DNA of 64,000 bases from positions 147,778-211,777 of IMG/VR virus record IMGVR_UViG_3300037245_001419; one strand, 5' to 3'. Under the pieces are notes generated by a model. The model saw only the letters and a list, made by a program, of their open reading frames with translations. It had not been told where the DNA came from and made no database searches. The translations under genes were made by a program, and so were the position numbers. Positions 9,749-20,007 of this stretch are shown piece by piece. Each line of letters begins with the position of its first letter. Position 1 is the stretch's first letter.

Positions 9749-10465
9749 TTACACAGCTAATTTTTTTTCAGCTCGTGTTAGTCGATTTTGAAGTGACTTC
9801 TTATCCTTCGCCAGAACCTTTGCTTCATTCTTATAGAATAGTAGTTCAGCATGAGGTAAATGTTCTTCCAGACGACTGTTAAGACGGTCTATAGTACCAT
9901 TGATGGTGTCGAGGTCATCAAAGATTTCATCAAAACGCTTAGTATCCTGTTCTGACATATCCAGAGACTTAAGGGTCGCATACATGTTTGAGAATTGTTT
10001 GAGACTTTCAGCATTGAGACTTGTAAAAGATACCAGTTGAGTTTCTGTATTTGCAGTAACATCAATATTCTCAGACTCTAACACACCAGAGTCGGCACTG
10101 GTAGATTGTGTTTCAGTCGCTAGGATTTCTTCGGGTGGTATAAAATCTGAATAATCAGAAGTTTCATCTGCAGAGCTTGCAGACCCTTCAGCTTCAGCAA
10201 CTTTCTCACTTAACGATTCTAAGAAAAGCTTTGCCACTTTTAACTTAGAGAAGTCCATTGATCTAATCTGTGTTTTGATCACATCAACATCATTCCCTGC
10301 ATCAAGCATAGCAACAGTAACATCACGCATACGTTGAACCTGTTTCAATGCGTTGTCTTTCTTATGATTCACACTTCCGAAGTAAATCTGCTTACCTTCA
10401 ATAGTCCTTATAATTTGATAGCATGTAAGCATCTTTGTAATGTATTTCATATTCTTTTTACTCAT
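9749..10465 (-). CDS. AP2-like DNA-binding domain protein, paralog of 8912-9484
   Basis: MKYI...YQIIRTIEGKQIYFGS...RMRD; similar C-terminus (KKSL...KLAV). Confidence 0.55.
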   Translation of the reverse strand: MSKKNMKYITKMLTCYQIIRTIEGKQIYFGSVNHKKDNALKQVQRMRDVTVAMLDAGNDVDVIKTQIRSMDFSKLKVAKLFLESLSEKVAEAEGSASSADETSDYSDFIPPEEILATETQSTSADSGVLESENIDVTANTETQLVSFTSLNAESLKQFSNMYATLKSLDMSEQDTKRFDEIFDDLDTINGTIDRLNSRLEEHLPHAELLFYKNEAKVLAKDKKSLQNRLTRAEKKLAV

Positions 10466-10484
10466 ATGGCATTCCTTTTATTTG

Positions 10485-10883
10485 TTATTGTGTTTTTGTA
10501 TTGTAGTTAAGTAATTCTCCGTTACCTTCTTGTCTAAACAGAAGGTATTCCGCTTGATCAACAACAGTTTTTCTGTTTTTAGTTGATAGCTGTGCGTATA
10601 GATTGTTAATTTTTGATTTCTCTGAAGTCTTAGTGATGTACCCAATAAGTTCATTCACATCGACATTATAAACATTTGCCAAGTCTACTAAAATCATAAT
10701 AGAAGGTTTCTGCTTATCGTTCTCATATGCTGACAATGTTGGAGGTTGGACGTGTATAGCATCAGCAACCTCTTCTTGTGTTAAACCTCGATTGATACGA
10801 ATCTTTTTAAGGATAGTACCAAAATCATATTCAACACCGTACTCAACCTTGTTTCTTTTTATCTTAGTTTTAGCTTTAGCCAT
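10485..10883 (-). CDS. XRE-family helix-turn-helix transcriptional regulator
   Basis: LKKIRINRGLTQEEVADAIHVQPPTLSAYENDKQKPS; AAGGA RBS before MAKAK; own TTGACA-17-TATATT promoter at about 10970-10998. Confidence 0.9.
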   Translation of the reverse strand: MAKAKTKIKRNKVEYGVEYDFGTILKKIRINRGLTQEEVADAIHVQPPTLSAYENDKQKPSIMILVDLANVYNVDVNELIGYITKTSEKSKINNLYAQLSTKNRKTVVDQAEYLLFRQEGNGELLNYNTKTQ

Positions 10884-11119
10884 TTTCAAATTCCTTGTTG
10901 AATTGTTCTCTCGTATAAATGTGCTCCAACTCCATCTTATTACATTTAATAATAACTTTCTTACTATCAAATATAACTATAAAACTAATATCTGTCAAGT
11001 TATTTTCTAAGTTATATAGTTTCTTAGCTAATATTTCTGCGCTAATGACCGATCTATATTGCTTTATATACCTCACACCTAACAGGTTAATAACGTGTGT
11101 TACCTCCTGTATAGATACT

Positions 11120-11578
11120 TTAGTTAGCCAAATTAAGAGTGTCTTCCATTTCGTTAATCTTATCATTTGTATAGTCTCCGAGTGCCTTAATAGTTTGGCT
11201 GACTACATCCTGTACATCTTTAACATCCATAACATTTTCATGGTGAAACTCTATTGCAATCAAAGCATACATAATACTCTGCAATGAGTTATTAGTAGTT
11301 TCAATATTGAGATTAATATATTCTGTATTCCAACCGTCTTTACCAAAGATGCATGATAGTTCAAAGTCATGTTTCTTCGATAGTTCTTCTGCTTTAGCTA
11401 AAAGCTTGTGACACTTTTCCAATGCAGACTTTTTAGCAAAGCTTTTTTCTGCATTAATTTTCGCATATATCCGTTTACTTTTTCTCATCGTGTTTTCCTG
11501 CTCTAGCCGTTTTGTAACAAATAGTGGAGCAAGTATCGTGTATAAACGGCTTGCTCCCATACTTGTTAATTGATTCAC
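11120..11578 (-). CDS. hypothetical protein (start may be 11488)
   Basis: ends AAC-TAA inside AACTAAAGTA. Confidence 0.6.
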   Translation of the reverse strand: MNQLTSMGASRLYTILAPLFVTKRLEQENTMRKSKRIYAKINAEKSFAKKSALEKCHKLLAKAEELSKKHDFELSCIFGKDGWNTEYINLNIETTNNSLQSIMYALIAIEFHHENVMDVKDVQDVVSQTIKALGDYTNDKINEMEDTLNLAN

Positions 11579-11611
11579 TTACATTGAAGTCTGCCTTACA
11601 TACTTTGCAAA

Positions 11612-12469
11612 TCAATCATCATCCTCTTCATCTTCTTTGTATTTGTACTCACCATCTACCAATTCATAGTAATCTTTATTACTGGGAATAACTTCAAACG
11701 CAAGCTCGTAAGCCTCAATAGAACAATTTTCTGGAATAACTTCAGTTGATAATTTACCTTCATCATACGTTAAGCGACCACAATTGCAACCAGTGTCCTC
11801 ATCTGCATATACATATTCAATTAATACAGTTGGAAATTTTTCAGCCATTTTACCAATCATGTCTGGCACACTGCTCCATGCAGTTTGAATTTCAAAAATA
11901 ATTTCGGTTGCAGAATCATGTTTTTTACATGAGTATGAATTCCACTTAGTACCCCAATTTTTAATAGCCCAATCATACCATGTTGTATGACCATATTTTG
12001 CCTTATTGTCAATGTATTGTTGACCAACCTTTAAAGCTTTTTGTTGGTCTTCTTCAGACAATCCCGCAAACCGCTTACGCAATTCTTCATCACCTAAAAA
12101 TGTACTCCCACCAGTACCATTTATGATATACTGCCCAAGTTCACCCTGTGATCCAGAAGAGATATTAAGCTCTTCTGGCATAGGAATAATTTTATTGAAA
12201 TCTGGAAAACGTGTCCATGCTTCAGTCATAAGAGGCTCATAATCTTCGGGAACACCTATAGCTGTATCACCACCCTTAATTTGAAACTCCTTAGTCTTTT
12301 CGTCAAGCCACCCATAACCATGATCCGTACCAATCTTTTTGTATATAAGACGTTCGTCATAACCTCTATCGTGTTCAGACTTATAGTGAGTACTGTATTG
12401 AGCGACCAGTTTATCAATTTCGATCTGTTCACCAGATAGTTTAAGTATGTTTGTTATGTGATTTGGCAT
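11612..12469 (-). CDS. DUF1281/YubB ferredoxin-like domain protein
   Basis: MPNH..N, WYDWAIKNWGTKWN, QTAWS, YADED motifs. Confidence 0.75.
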   Translation of the reverse strand: MPNHITNILKLSGEQIEIDKLVAQYSTHYKSEHDRGYDERLIYKKIGTDHGYGWLDEKTKEFQIKGGDTAIGVPEDYEPLMTEAWTRFPDFNKIIPMPEELNISSGSQGELGQYIINGTGGSTFLGDEELRKRFAGLSEEDQQKALKVGQQYIDNKAKYGHTTWYDWAIKNWGTKWNSYSCKKHDSATEIIFEIQTAWSSVPDMIGKMAEKFPTVLIEYVYADEDTGCNCGRLTYDEGKLSTEVIPENCSIEAYELAFEVIPSNKDYYELVDGEYKYKEDEEDDD

Positions 12470-12521
12470 TTTTACTCCTTTAATTATCTATTATTAAAGT
12501 TAACTAATTAACTAAAGTATG

Positions 12522-12902
12522 TCAATAGAATTTACGTATCCCTAAAACTTTTTGTATTTCTTCTAATTTGTCATCACACCCATCAGTATAGGCTTCATTT
12601 TTTACGTTGCTCATTATAACTTTGATGCGAGGTAATAATTTCGATGGAGTTATTTTTCTCAATATAAGACGATCCAACCACTCTTGTATGGCATTAACCT
12701 TAACATTCTTATTTAACAGGCCAGTAAGGTGTTCACCTTCTTTAGTATCCTTATAGATGGTGATACCTAAATCAAGAATACAATCATCGCACCAGTAACT
12801 TTGTGAGTTTTGTGAAATAGTTGTTATCTCATGACTAACACCACCTGCCGAATTCATCTTTCTACCGTTAGGTTCACCAATTATAATATCATCCCATGAC
12901 AT
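12522..12902 (-). CDS. hypothetical protein
   Basis: ORF in operon. Confidence 0.7.
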   Translation of the reverse strand: MSWDDIIIGEPNGRKMNSAGGVSHEITTISQNSQSYWCDDCILDLGITIYKDTKEGEHLTGLLNKNVKVNAIQEWLDRLILRKITPSKLLPRIKVIMSNVKNEAYTDGCDDKLEEIQKVLGIRKFY

Positions 12903-12907
12903 AATCC

Positions 12908-13984
12908 CTACTTTACTAAATATTGTTTCTGGTTAATCTCTTCTAGCATGCCCTTACCCTTTGTGTATGGCTCGATCCACTTCATACGTCGATCAGTCAT
13001 TTTAATACCACAAGCTTGACTACGCCAATGACCTCTTACAAGCCATTTGGGACACGACACAACGTTCTTTAAGTTTGTCAGGCAACTATACTCATCATCA
13101 GTCAAACGTCTGTTAGAACCTATTACAATGCGACCTATCTTAGACAAATCTTTGTTCTTTTCAGCTACTTTAGTTGCTTCTTTTAACCGATTAGCTTTAG
13201 TCTTTTTCTTCTTAGTAACATATCGCTTAGCAGGGGTATGATTAAACGATTCCATTGAGCAGATATATAACAGAGAATTGATAATGAAACTATAATGCCT
13301 TCTGTATATTGTTTCGTCATCATTAAAGTCAATGTCGGTCATTTTTTTATCTTTAGATGTTTTACGGGCTAATAATACATCGTCAAGACTTAGTTGGATC
13401 ATATCTTCAACTGAAGTACAGTTAAGTCTTAATGACATTCCAGACTGTTCCAACATACGTTGATCGCCCTTTCGCCCTTCTCCGAACGATTGGGCAAGGA
13501 TAGAGTTTTCAGCTTCATTGTATGTCAATACAATGTCTTTAAAAACCATAACTAAATCACCACTAGCTTGAACCTCTAGTGAAGGGATAGACAACACCAT
13601 GTTATCAAAAGGCATTTTAATTAATTCTGGATTGATATTTTTTATCTCTGTATTAACAAGCTTAAAGAATAAGTCTTCAGTTATATTAAACACTTTTGCT
13701 TTACGCATACCCAGATATATTGATGCAAAAGTAGATTCAAACAATGGATTGTTATGAAAAAACATATCCCCATATACTTTGATCATTGCAAAACTACAAA
13801 ACAGCAAACGACTAATGTCAGTAGGGTATGATTCATTGACAAATTTGTTGCCAAACGCATCGGCCCTTTCATCTGATATTGCAGGAAGAGCTTCATCCAT
13901 TTGAGCTATAATATCTATACCTTTATCCTTAAAGTATTCGCATATCTCTTCAATGTGTAAAGGTTCAAATTTCTTAGCTTCCAT
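12908..13984 (-). CDS. conserved phage protein with C-terminal RGHWR motif
   Basis: VRGHWRSQACG...WIEPYTKG. Confidence 0.75.
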   Translation of the reverse strand: MEAKKFEPLHIEEICEYFKDKGIDIIAQMDEALPAISDERADAFGNKFVNESYPTDISRLLFCSFAMIKVYGDMFFHNNPLFESTFASIYLGMRKAKVFNITEDLFFKLVNTEIKNINPELIKMPFDNMVLSIPSLEVQASGDLVMVFKDIVLTYNEAENSILAQSFGEGRKGDQRMLEQSGMSLRLNCTSVEDMIQLSLDDVLLARKTSKDKKMTDIDFNDDETIYRRHYSFIINSLLYICSMESFNHTPAKRYVTKKKKTKANRLKEATKVAEKNKDLSKIGRIVIGSNRRLTDDEYSCLTNLKNVVSCPKWLVRGHWRSQACGIKMTDRRMKWIEPYTKGKGMLEEINQKQYLVK

Positions 13985-13988
13985 CAAT

Positions 13989-14549
13989 TTATCCTACAAT
14001 AAACTTTGTTTCGGTTTCAATTTTGACTTGTGCTTCGATAGCCTTAAGAAGAACTTTTGCATCAAAGTTTTTCTTTGGCTCGATAAATGAAGTACCCTCA
14101 TTCCACGTCTCAACACAAATCTTATTGCTGGTAACAATGATCTTACCAGCGTCGCCAGTTTCTTCACCAGAGTAGAGAATCGTACCATCTAACTGCCTAT
14201 CTAAAGGCATGAAAACTTTTGTTATGAGGTATTCTATCCACTCAGTATAAGCATAGAACTTTTCACTACCACCCCACTCTAAAGTTGTACCATCTTCAGA
14301 AATTTCCCACCTTAACCAAAGACTAGGTTGTGTTCTAGGGGGTTGATTATAATCAGCTATATTGAGTTCATTGTCTTGACCTGCAAAACCCTTACCAATA
14401 TAGAACTCGCCCTGTACTCCATAAATTGATTCGTCAACATTTCTAGCCATTCTACGAGTATCCGCAAGCTTGTTAAGAAACACTACTTGTTGTGGTTCCA
14501 GTGCAGGTGTTATAGTCATTTTGCCTTCAAAATCAGTAGTATATCCCAT
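13989..14549 (-). CDS. conserved phage hypothetical protein
   Basis: MGYTTDFEG...QPSLW...EKFYAYTEWIEYLI. Confidence 0.75.
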   Translation of the reverse strand: MGYTTDFEGKMTITPALEPQQVVFLNKLADTRRMARNVDESIYGVQGEFYIGKGFAGQDNELNIADYNQPPRTQPSLWLRWEISEDGTTLEWGGSEKFYAYTEWIEYLITKVFMPLDRQLDGTILYSGEETGDAGKIIVTSNKICVETWNEGTSFIEPKKNFDAKVLLKAIEAQVKIETETKFIVG

Positions 14550-14638
14550 GCGTTCTCCTTAAGTTTTAATAAAAGATAGTTATTTAGTTAATTTTTGTCT
14601 ATACTTTAGTTAATATTATTCATAAAATATAACTAAAG

Positions 14639-14902
14639 CTACTTGTGTTCAGCTCGTATCTTTTCAGCTAATAAAGACTGTTTTTCGGGAGAAAAGAACA
14701 CATCATCATGTGGTATCTGTTCAGCAGCTTGATCTTGAACTTCATCTAAAAAATGAATTATCCCATTAAGAGTATCATCCTCCGCTTTAGTCAAGTCATT
14801 AGATCTACTCAACAACTCAAGTATAATAAGCTTTTGACCGCTTAGCATCTCCCAGTCCATGTGCTTTAGTTCTACATTTACTACTTTATTAATGTTTGCC
14901 AT
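14639..14902 (-). CDS. hypothetical protein
   Basis: own promoter and GGAG RBS. Confidence 0.75.
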   Translation of the reverse strand: MANINKVVNVELKHMDWEMLSGQKLIILELLSRSNDLTKAEDDTLNGIIHFLDEVQDQAAEQIPHDDVFFSPEKQSLLAEKIRAEHK

Positions 14903-14930
14903 GTTATTCTCCGTTGCTTATCTATTATAT

Positions 14931-14959
14931 AAGATAGCTAATTAACTAAGTCTTGTCAA
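14931..14959 (-). promoter_or_regulatory. representative class-I sigma70-type promoter with palindromic spacer
   Basis: TTGACA-agacttagttaattagc(17)-TATCTT. Confidence 0.85.
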
Positions 14960-14986
14960 CAAAAAAAGATGGAATTAACCACCTTT

Positions 14987-15205
14987 TTAAAAAACCATCT
15001 TTGGTTCTGTCATTGGGAACTGTTTACTAGTTTTTGTAATTTTGTACAGCTCAAAATGAACTATAAACTCTTTATGACAGTCAGGGTTTAAACACGCCAC
15101 ACACCACTCAACGCCACCATGAGACATACTGAACATAGGGGCGCTGACCCCTTGAGTACGCTTGTCATTACCACAGTGCGGACACTTGACTACTTTAGTT
15201 TTCAT
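14987..15205 (-). CDS. small zinc-ribbon protein
   Basis: CPHC...CLNPDC. Confidence 0.7.
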   Translation of the reverse strand: MKTKVVKCPHCGNDKRTQGVSAPMFSMSHGGVEWCVACLNPDCHKEFIVHFELYKITKTSKQFPMTEPKMVF

Positions 15206-15455
15206 CGTTAACCTTTACCGTATGCCTATCTATTGATACACGCTTGATATTGCGGAAACCTAAAGTATATTCTGCTTCAGCTTGAACGTCTATCTCTTCT
15301 TCATAGTTACTTTCGAGATAGTGCTGTTTTTTCACTGTTGCGTACTCGTAAGCAGTTTTAATCGCTTCCGTCACTTCAGCTACTGTTTCAGTACCTTCAG
15401 CCATGTAAAGCCCTAAGGCTTCACCGTTTGCATTTACTACTTCAATTAAGTGCAT
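15195..15455 (-). CDS. hypothetical protein
   Basis: operon context. Confidence 0.7.
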   Translation of the reverse strand: MHLIEVVNANGEALGLYMAEGTETVAEVTEAIKTAYEYATVKKQHYLESNYEEEIDVQAEAEYTLGFRNIKRVSIDRHTVKVNDEN

Positions 15456-15637
15456 GATTTTACTTCCTTCTCGACAACGCCATAGTCGTTACTCTCTTGC
15501 TCATAATCATAAGAGATTGGACATTCTTCATCAACACAAGGGTCACATACAAAATATTCACCATCAGAAAATATACATGCATTGTCATAATTGACTACTA
15601 ATCCACATTGTGCACATTTAACAGTTTGTATTTTCAT
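15446..15637 (-). CDS. small Zn-finger protein
   Basis: CAQC...CDPC; AGGAG RBS. Confidence 0.7.
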   Translation of the reverse strand: MKIQTVKCAQCGLVVNYDNACIFSDGEYFVCDPCVDEECPISYDYEQESNDYGVVEKEVKSCT

Positions 15638-15700
15638 ATGATCTCCTTGTTATCTATTATTAAAGATAGTTAATTAACTAAGCGTTGTCAATGTAAAAGA

Positions 15701-16465
15701 TTAGATTTTCCCAGATTTATCATACTGAAGTTGTTTCATATCAGCAAATGCATCAGCATCTTCTTTATTGAACACAATGCCGACAACTTCATCATTAGTA
15801 GTAGTAAATTCACCAGTAAATCTTATCTCAAAATTTACATCAGTTTCTACAACATAAAAAATTGACAGATACTTTTTTTGCAATTCTTTCATGTCACAAA
15901 TTTTTGAACCCTTTAGGTAAAGCCCTTCATCGTCTGGACAAACATCATGTAGTCGCTGTACCAAGCCTTCAATGATAGTTGTTTGAGATAGCTTCTTAAG
16001 GTCTGCCTTATCAAATGCAACTTCAATGTTACAACTATCACATCCGGCATCTTCTTTTCCAGAGTGGCCACCATCGGGACTATTTGGATCGTGAAGATAA
16101 ATGTCAATATGAATATCTTTAGCTTTTTTAAGAATGTCTTCATCTGAAGTTCCTGTAACGTCCCATGAATGAGTAACTTGAGCTTCAGTAACTTGATAGT
16201 ATACTGTTTTTGTAAACTTCCTTGGCGTAGGGGTATGGGTCTCTTGCTCACCTACCAAGCCCCACTCTTCTGATTCTCTGATAGCAGACCATGTAGAATA
16301 GCTGTTCTTAAAGTGGTTCGTGATAACAGCATCATCTAAACACTTGTCGCACAGATCAACAGTTTCATTTGTTTCTTGAATTAGAGTGCCGTGTATACTG
16401 CCTTCGTGTGATTCTAAATCTACACCAGTGTTTTGTAGGTCGTTTAAGTGTTTACAAATTCTCAT
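15701..16465 (-). CDS. hypothetical protein
   Basis: own promoter and GGAG RBS. Confidence 0.75.
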   Translation of the reverse strand: MRICKHLNDLQNTGVDLESHEGSIHGTLIQETNETVDLCDKCLDDAVITNHFKNSYSTWSAIRESEEWGLVGEQETHTPTPRKFTKTVYYQVTEAQVTHSWDVTGTSDEDILKKAKDIHIDIYLHDPNSPDGGHSGKEDAGCDSCNIEVAFDKADLKKLSQTTIIEGLVQRLHDVCPDDEGLYLKGSKICDMKELQKKYLSIFYVVETDVNFEIRFTGEFTTTNDEVVGIVFNKEDADAFADMKQLQYDKSGKI

Positions 16466-16530
16466 AATAGTTTCTCCGTTGAGGTCTTTAATAAAGATAG
16501 TTAATTAACTAAGAGCTGTCAAGTTAAATA

Positions 16531-17058
16531 TTACCATTCCCAAAGAATAGCAACATCTTTGTGTTGTTCTTTTACAGAAACGTATGTACGGTTATCATCA
16601 GACCTATTCAACATGTCGTCAACATTCGCCCAATTGTTAATAATCAATTTGTCAGAATCATCCACAAATGGAATGTCTTTGTGGTGCTCAAACAATTTTC
16701 CTAAAGTAGGAAAAGAAAATTGGTGTTGTTTCTGAAATTTTTCAAAGTCTGCATCAACTTGTTCTTCAAACTTTGGTATGTGCTTGAAAACATAGTCAGC
16801 TAAAAAATGTATCACTGAAATTTTAACAACAGCACCATGTGTGATAGCAGTAATACTATCAACAGCATTGTATATGTCATCACCAGTTTGATAAGCTTCA
16901 CCGCTCCAATTCTCGATACTTTTTATGTCAGCATCAATCGCATCAACTTTACCTTTGAGTATTTCTACAAGGGCTTCAATAGTTGGGTCGTTTGATACTT
17001 CTAAAATTTTGTTAAGTACAGTTATCATATTTTCTCCATCGATTAATAACATTGGCAT
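16531..17058 (-). CDS. hypothetical protein
   Basis: operon context; start uncertain. Confidence 0.7.
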   Translation of the reverse strand: MPMLLIDGENMITVLNKILEVSNDPTIEALVEILKGKVDAIDADIKSIENWSGEAYQTGDDIYNAVDSITAITHGAVVKISVIHFLADYVFKHIPKFEEQVDADFEKFQKQHQFSFPTLGKLFEHHKDIPFVDDSDKLIINNWANVDDMLNRSDDNRTYVSVKEQHKDVAILWEW

Positions 17059-17189
17059 TCAACATCATCATTACAGCAATGATTGAGCCACATTTCACAA
17101 CATGAACACCAATCCATTAACCCACCACAAGCACAGCAATATTCATCGCCTTCTTCATATTCATAGTGTAATTTATAGTCTTCATTCAT
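17043..17189 (-). CDS. 48-aa Cys-rich peptide, probably leaderless
   Basis: MNEDYKLHYEYEEGDEYCCACGGLMDWCSCCEMWLNHCCNDDVECQCY; ATG 7 nt after the -10 box. Confidence 0.6.
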   Translation of the reverse strand: MNEDYKLHYEYEEGDEYCCACGGLMDWCSCCEMWLNHCCNDDVECQCY

Positions 17190-17221
17190 ATTATATAAGA
17201 TAGTTAATTAGTTAAGTATTG

Positions 17222-17416
17222 TCAAGTATTCTTTATACAATTAATACAATATTTTTTTCCTTTAACGACACCACCCAAATGAGATTTCACGGGGTAGTAT
17301 CGTTTAAACGGAATTTTACTTTGACAATTGTAACATGAAAATAACTCTGTAAGTTTTCTAGCCTTTCTAATAACATATCTTATAGGCTCCCTTAGTGCAG
17401 AGTTATTAACAGTCAT
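17222..17416 (-). CDS. small Zn-finger protein
   Basis: CYNC...CINC. Confidence 0.6.
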   Translation of the reverse strand: MTVNNSALREPIRYVIRKARKLTELFSCYNCQSKIPFKRYYPVKSHLGGVVKGKKYCINCIKNT

Positions 17417-17418
17417 TA

Positions 17419-17925
17419 CTATTCGTCCATTTCTTCAATTACTTCATCTTGTGGGAACTCAGGTTTTCGAATTTCAATAAACAGTTCATCAATAGACTTC
17501 TGAGTTTTTCGAGACTTAAGACAATGTAGAACATACAGCTCATACCCTTCTCTAAGCTCACCTCTATCACCATCACTGGTAAAGCTCAGTGCATCACCCA
17601 AATGGTGTTTGTACACACACAATGAGGCAACAACAATAGCATCGTAATTCTTCCGAGCAGTTTTACAGAACGCAAATTGACCATCCCATTCCTCTTCAAA
17701 TACCATGCCCTCATGACTTTCATCACCAATACCATTGAACGCTACATATTTTTTATCAGCATCAATTACAGGGTTAGTATCTTTTGTACCATGACCATCA
17801 GCCAATATATTAGGCATATCTTTATTGGCCCATTTCAAAAACGATCTTACAGCTTTAATAGAAGACATTTTCTTTGCATCTGTTAAAGGCTTGCTTCCCT
17901 CTTCCCAGTAGTGTGTATAACCCAT
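17419..17925 (-). CDS. conserved phage hypothetical protein
   Basis: MGYTHYW...FNG...FCKTARKNYD; GGAG RBS before 17925. Confidence 0.75.
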   Translation of the reverse strand: MGYTHYWEEGSKPLTDAKKMSSIKAVRSFLKWANKDMPNILADGHGTKDTNPVIDADKKYVAFNGIGDESHEGMVFEEEWDGQFAFCKTARKNYDAIVVASLCVYKHHLGDALSFTSDGDRGELREGYELYVLHCLKSRKTQKSIDELFIEIRKPEFPQDEVIEEMDE

Positions 17926-18046
17926 GTTATTCTCCAATGTTATAGTTAATGTTTCTTATACTTAAGTTAGTTAAATAGCTAACCAATGTCAACAAAAAAA
18001 CCCATTAAAATTAATTAATGGGTTTAAATTTACTTTAGTTTACAAT

Positions 18047-18223
18047 CTAAAGACGAATATACTTATCTGAAAACTCTGATTCATATGTAGATTTCCATCC
18101 ACAACTAGGGCATATAAATTGCCCAGACTCTTTTTTAGTTCGTGGCATCTTACGACAATTAACACTCCCACAATAAGGACGGTAATTAGGGTCGGCTATA
18201 ATATTTTCCCGAACTATGCTCAC
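18047..18223 (-). CDS. small Zn-finger protein
   Basis: GTG overlapping the upstream stop; YRPYCG...CPSCGW. Confidence 0.6.
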   Translation of the reverse strand: MSIVRENIIADPNYRPYCGSVNCRKMPRTKKESGQFICPSCGWKSTYESEFSDKYIRL

Positions 18224-18609
18224 TATTTAGCCTTCCTTAATTCGTCACACTTTTCCCAACAAACACTTTCAGTCACATCTTTAATAACTTCAAATGCTTC
18301 ATTCAATTTATCTAATGCGTCATAGTATTTTTCATTAAACTTATCCATAGGGGCGTTTACTTTAGTTGATAGAATCGCTTCTGCTCTTCTGTCAGCAGTG
18401 GTATCCATTTGATTCCATAATTCGTCGAAAAAGAATTTAGGATTAACATCAATACCATCAATCTGCATGGTAATATCATATGACTTGTTGGATTTATTTT
18501 TGTCTAACCATTCACCGTTAAGTTCTTTAAGCATACCAACAGCTTGTAAAAAGAAGTGACCCATAAGCTCTTTATTGTTGTGCAATAGTTCTTCTCTATC
18601 AAATTTCAT
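18223..18609 (-). CDS. hypothetical protein
   Basis: TAATG coupling to cca. Confidence 0.75.
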   Translation of the reverse strand: MKFDREELLHNNKELMGHFFLQAVGMLKELNGEWLDKNKSNKSYDITMQIDGIDVNPKFFFDELWNQMDTTADRRAEAILSTKVNAPMDKFNEKYYDALDKLNEAFEVIKDVTESVCWEKCDELRKAK

Positions 18610-19976
18610 TACGCCTCCAAACTAAAGTTTTTTATGTAGTCTCTGATTGCATCCATGTTGTCAAGGTCAACCATGTTGTCGTATATCCATTGCTTAGTAC
18701 CTTTAATGATAACCCCAAGCTCTTTACAGGGTTTATCAATACCAGTAATTTCCATTACAAGCTTACCAGATACAAGTTTATCAACAGGCATATTGTTACG
18801 GTTAACAGGGTCGTTATACTTCTTAATAACAAAGTTAACATACTCCATCTTATTATCCCATGCCGATTGAGGAGATAGCTGTTCACCCCTGCACATTTCA
18901 TCACAAAACGCAACCTTTACTAGTGCATCCCAGTTCACATTGTCAGTGAGAGTAATCAGCTTTGATACTCTCATTCCCTTCAGTCTATGGAATTTCATAT
19001 GATTAACACAAGGGTAAACTAAAGTAGCCCTAGTCTTATTATCGATTTTAAGGCGGTCACAGATGGCGTTAACAATAGCCTCCCCTGCACCCTCATGGCA
19101 GTGATAAGTGTTCTTACCGTCCTTTACAACGTGCGTAAGAGCCTTTCCTACATCGTGTAATAGTATAGCCATGTTGATAACAGGATTTTCTTCTTTATTA
19201 ACAGCTAAAGCACTCATAGTATGCAACCATGCGTTTGCACCTTCTGGATGTGAACTTAAATCATGGGGAAATTGATCTAATATGTCAACTTCTGGTAAGA
19301 TATACTTCAGTAGGTTAGAAGTTTTCAATAACTCTAATGCATATGCAAAGCGTTCGCCAGTCTGTTCAGCCATTTTAAACAGCTCTTTTGCGATACGTTC
19401 TTGAGCTACTTTAGTTATGTTGTGGGCGAGTTCTTGAATGGCTTCCATTGTATCATTTTCGATTACAAAATCCATTCTACTTGCAAATCGAATAGCTCTT
19501 AACATTCTTAAATAGTCTTCAGCAAACCGCTCTTTAGGGTCTCCAACAGTTCTAATAATTTGATTTTTAATATCACATTTACCATTATGATAATCAATTA
19601 CACCATAGTCTTTTCTTAAACCCATAGAATTAATAGTAAAATCTCTTCTTTTAGTATCCTCTTCAAAGGTTACACCCAGTACTACATTGTCCGGTCTTCT
19701 ACCATCAGAATATTCACCATCAGTTCTGAATTGAGCAACCTCAAAGTGATCGTCTTTATATTCTACAACAACAATACCAAAGACTTTGTTCTTACCAATA
19801 TCATGAGTGGGGAATAACGATTCTATCTTATCCATGGGAACATTGGTTGCAATATCAATATCAGATGCAATTCTATTCATCAATGAATCTCTAACAGCAC
19901 CACCAACAATATAAGCTTCCCCATACTCTGATAGAAGTTTTATTATTTCCATTCCTTTAGATAATGCATTACTCAT
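18609..19976 (-). CDS. cca: CCA-adding tRNA nucleotidyltransferase with HD domain
   Basis: VGGAVRD, DIDIAT, RRDFTIN, EDYLRMLRAIRFA, LLHDVGK motifs of the class II CCA/poly(A) polymerase family. Confidence 0.92.
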   Translation of the reverse strand: MSNALSKGMEIIKLLSEYGEAYIVGGAVRDSLMNRIASDIDIATNVPMDKIESLFPTHDIGKNKVFGIVVVEYKDDHFEVAQFRTDGEYSDGRRPDNVVLGVTFEEDTKRRDFTINSMGLRKDYGVIDYHNGKCDIKNQIIRTVGDPKERFAEDYLRMLRAIRFASRMDFVIENDTMEAIQELAHNITKVAQERIAKELFKMAEQTGERFAYALELLKTSNLLKYILPEVDILDQFPHDLSSHPEGANAWLHTMSALAVNKEENPVINMAILLHDVGKALTHVVKDGKNTYHCHEGAGEAIVNAICDRLKIDNKTRATLVYPCVNHMKFHRLKGMRVSKLITLTDNVNWDALVKVAFCDEMCRGEQLSPQSAWDNKMEYVNFVIKKYNDPVNRNNMPVDKLVSGKLVMEITGIDKPCKELGVIIKGTKQWIYDNMVDLDNMDAIRDYIKNFSLEA

Positions 19977-20007
19977 ACTACCTCACAATTAACAGTTAAT
20001 ATCTTCA

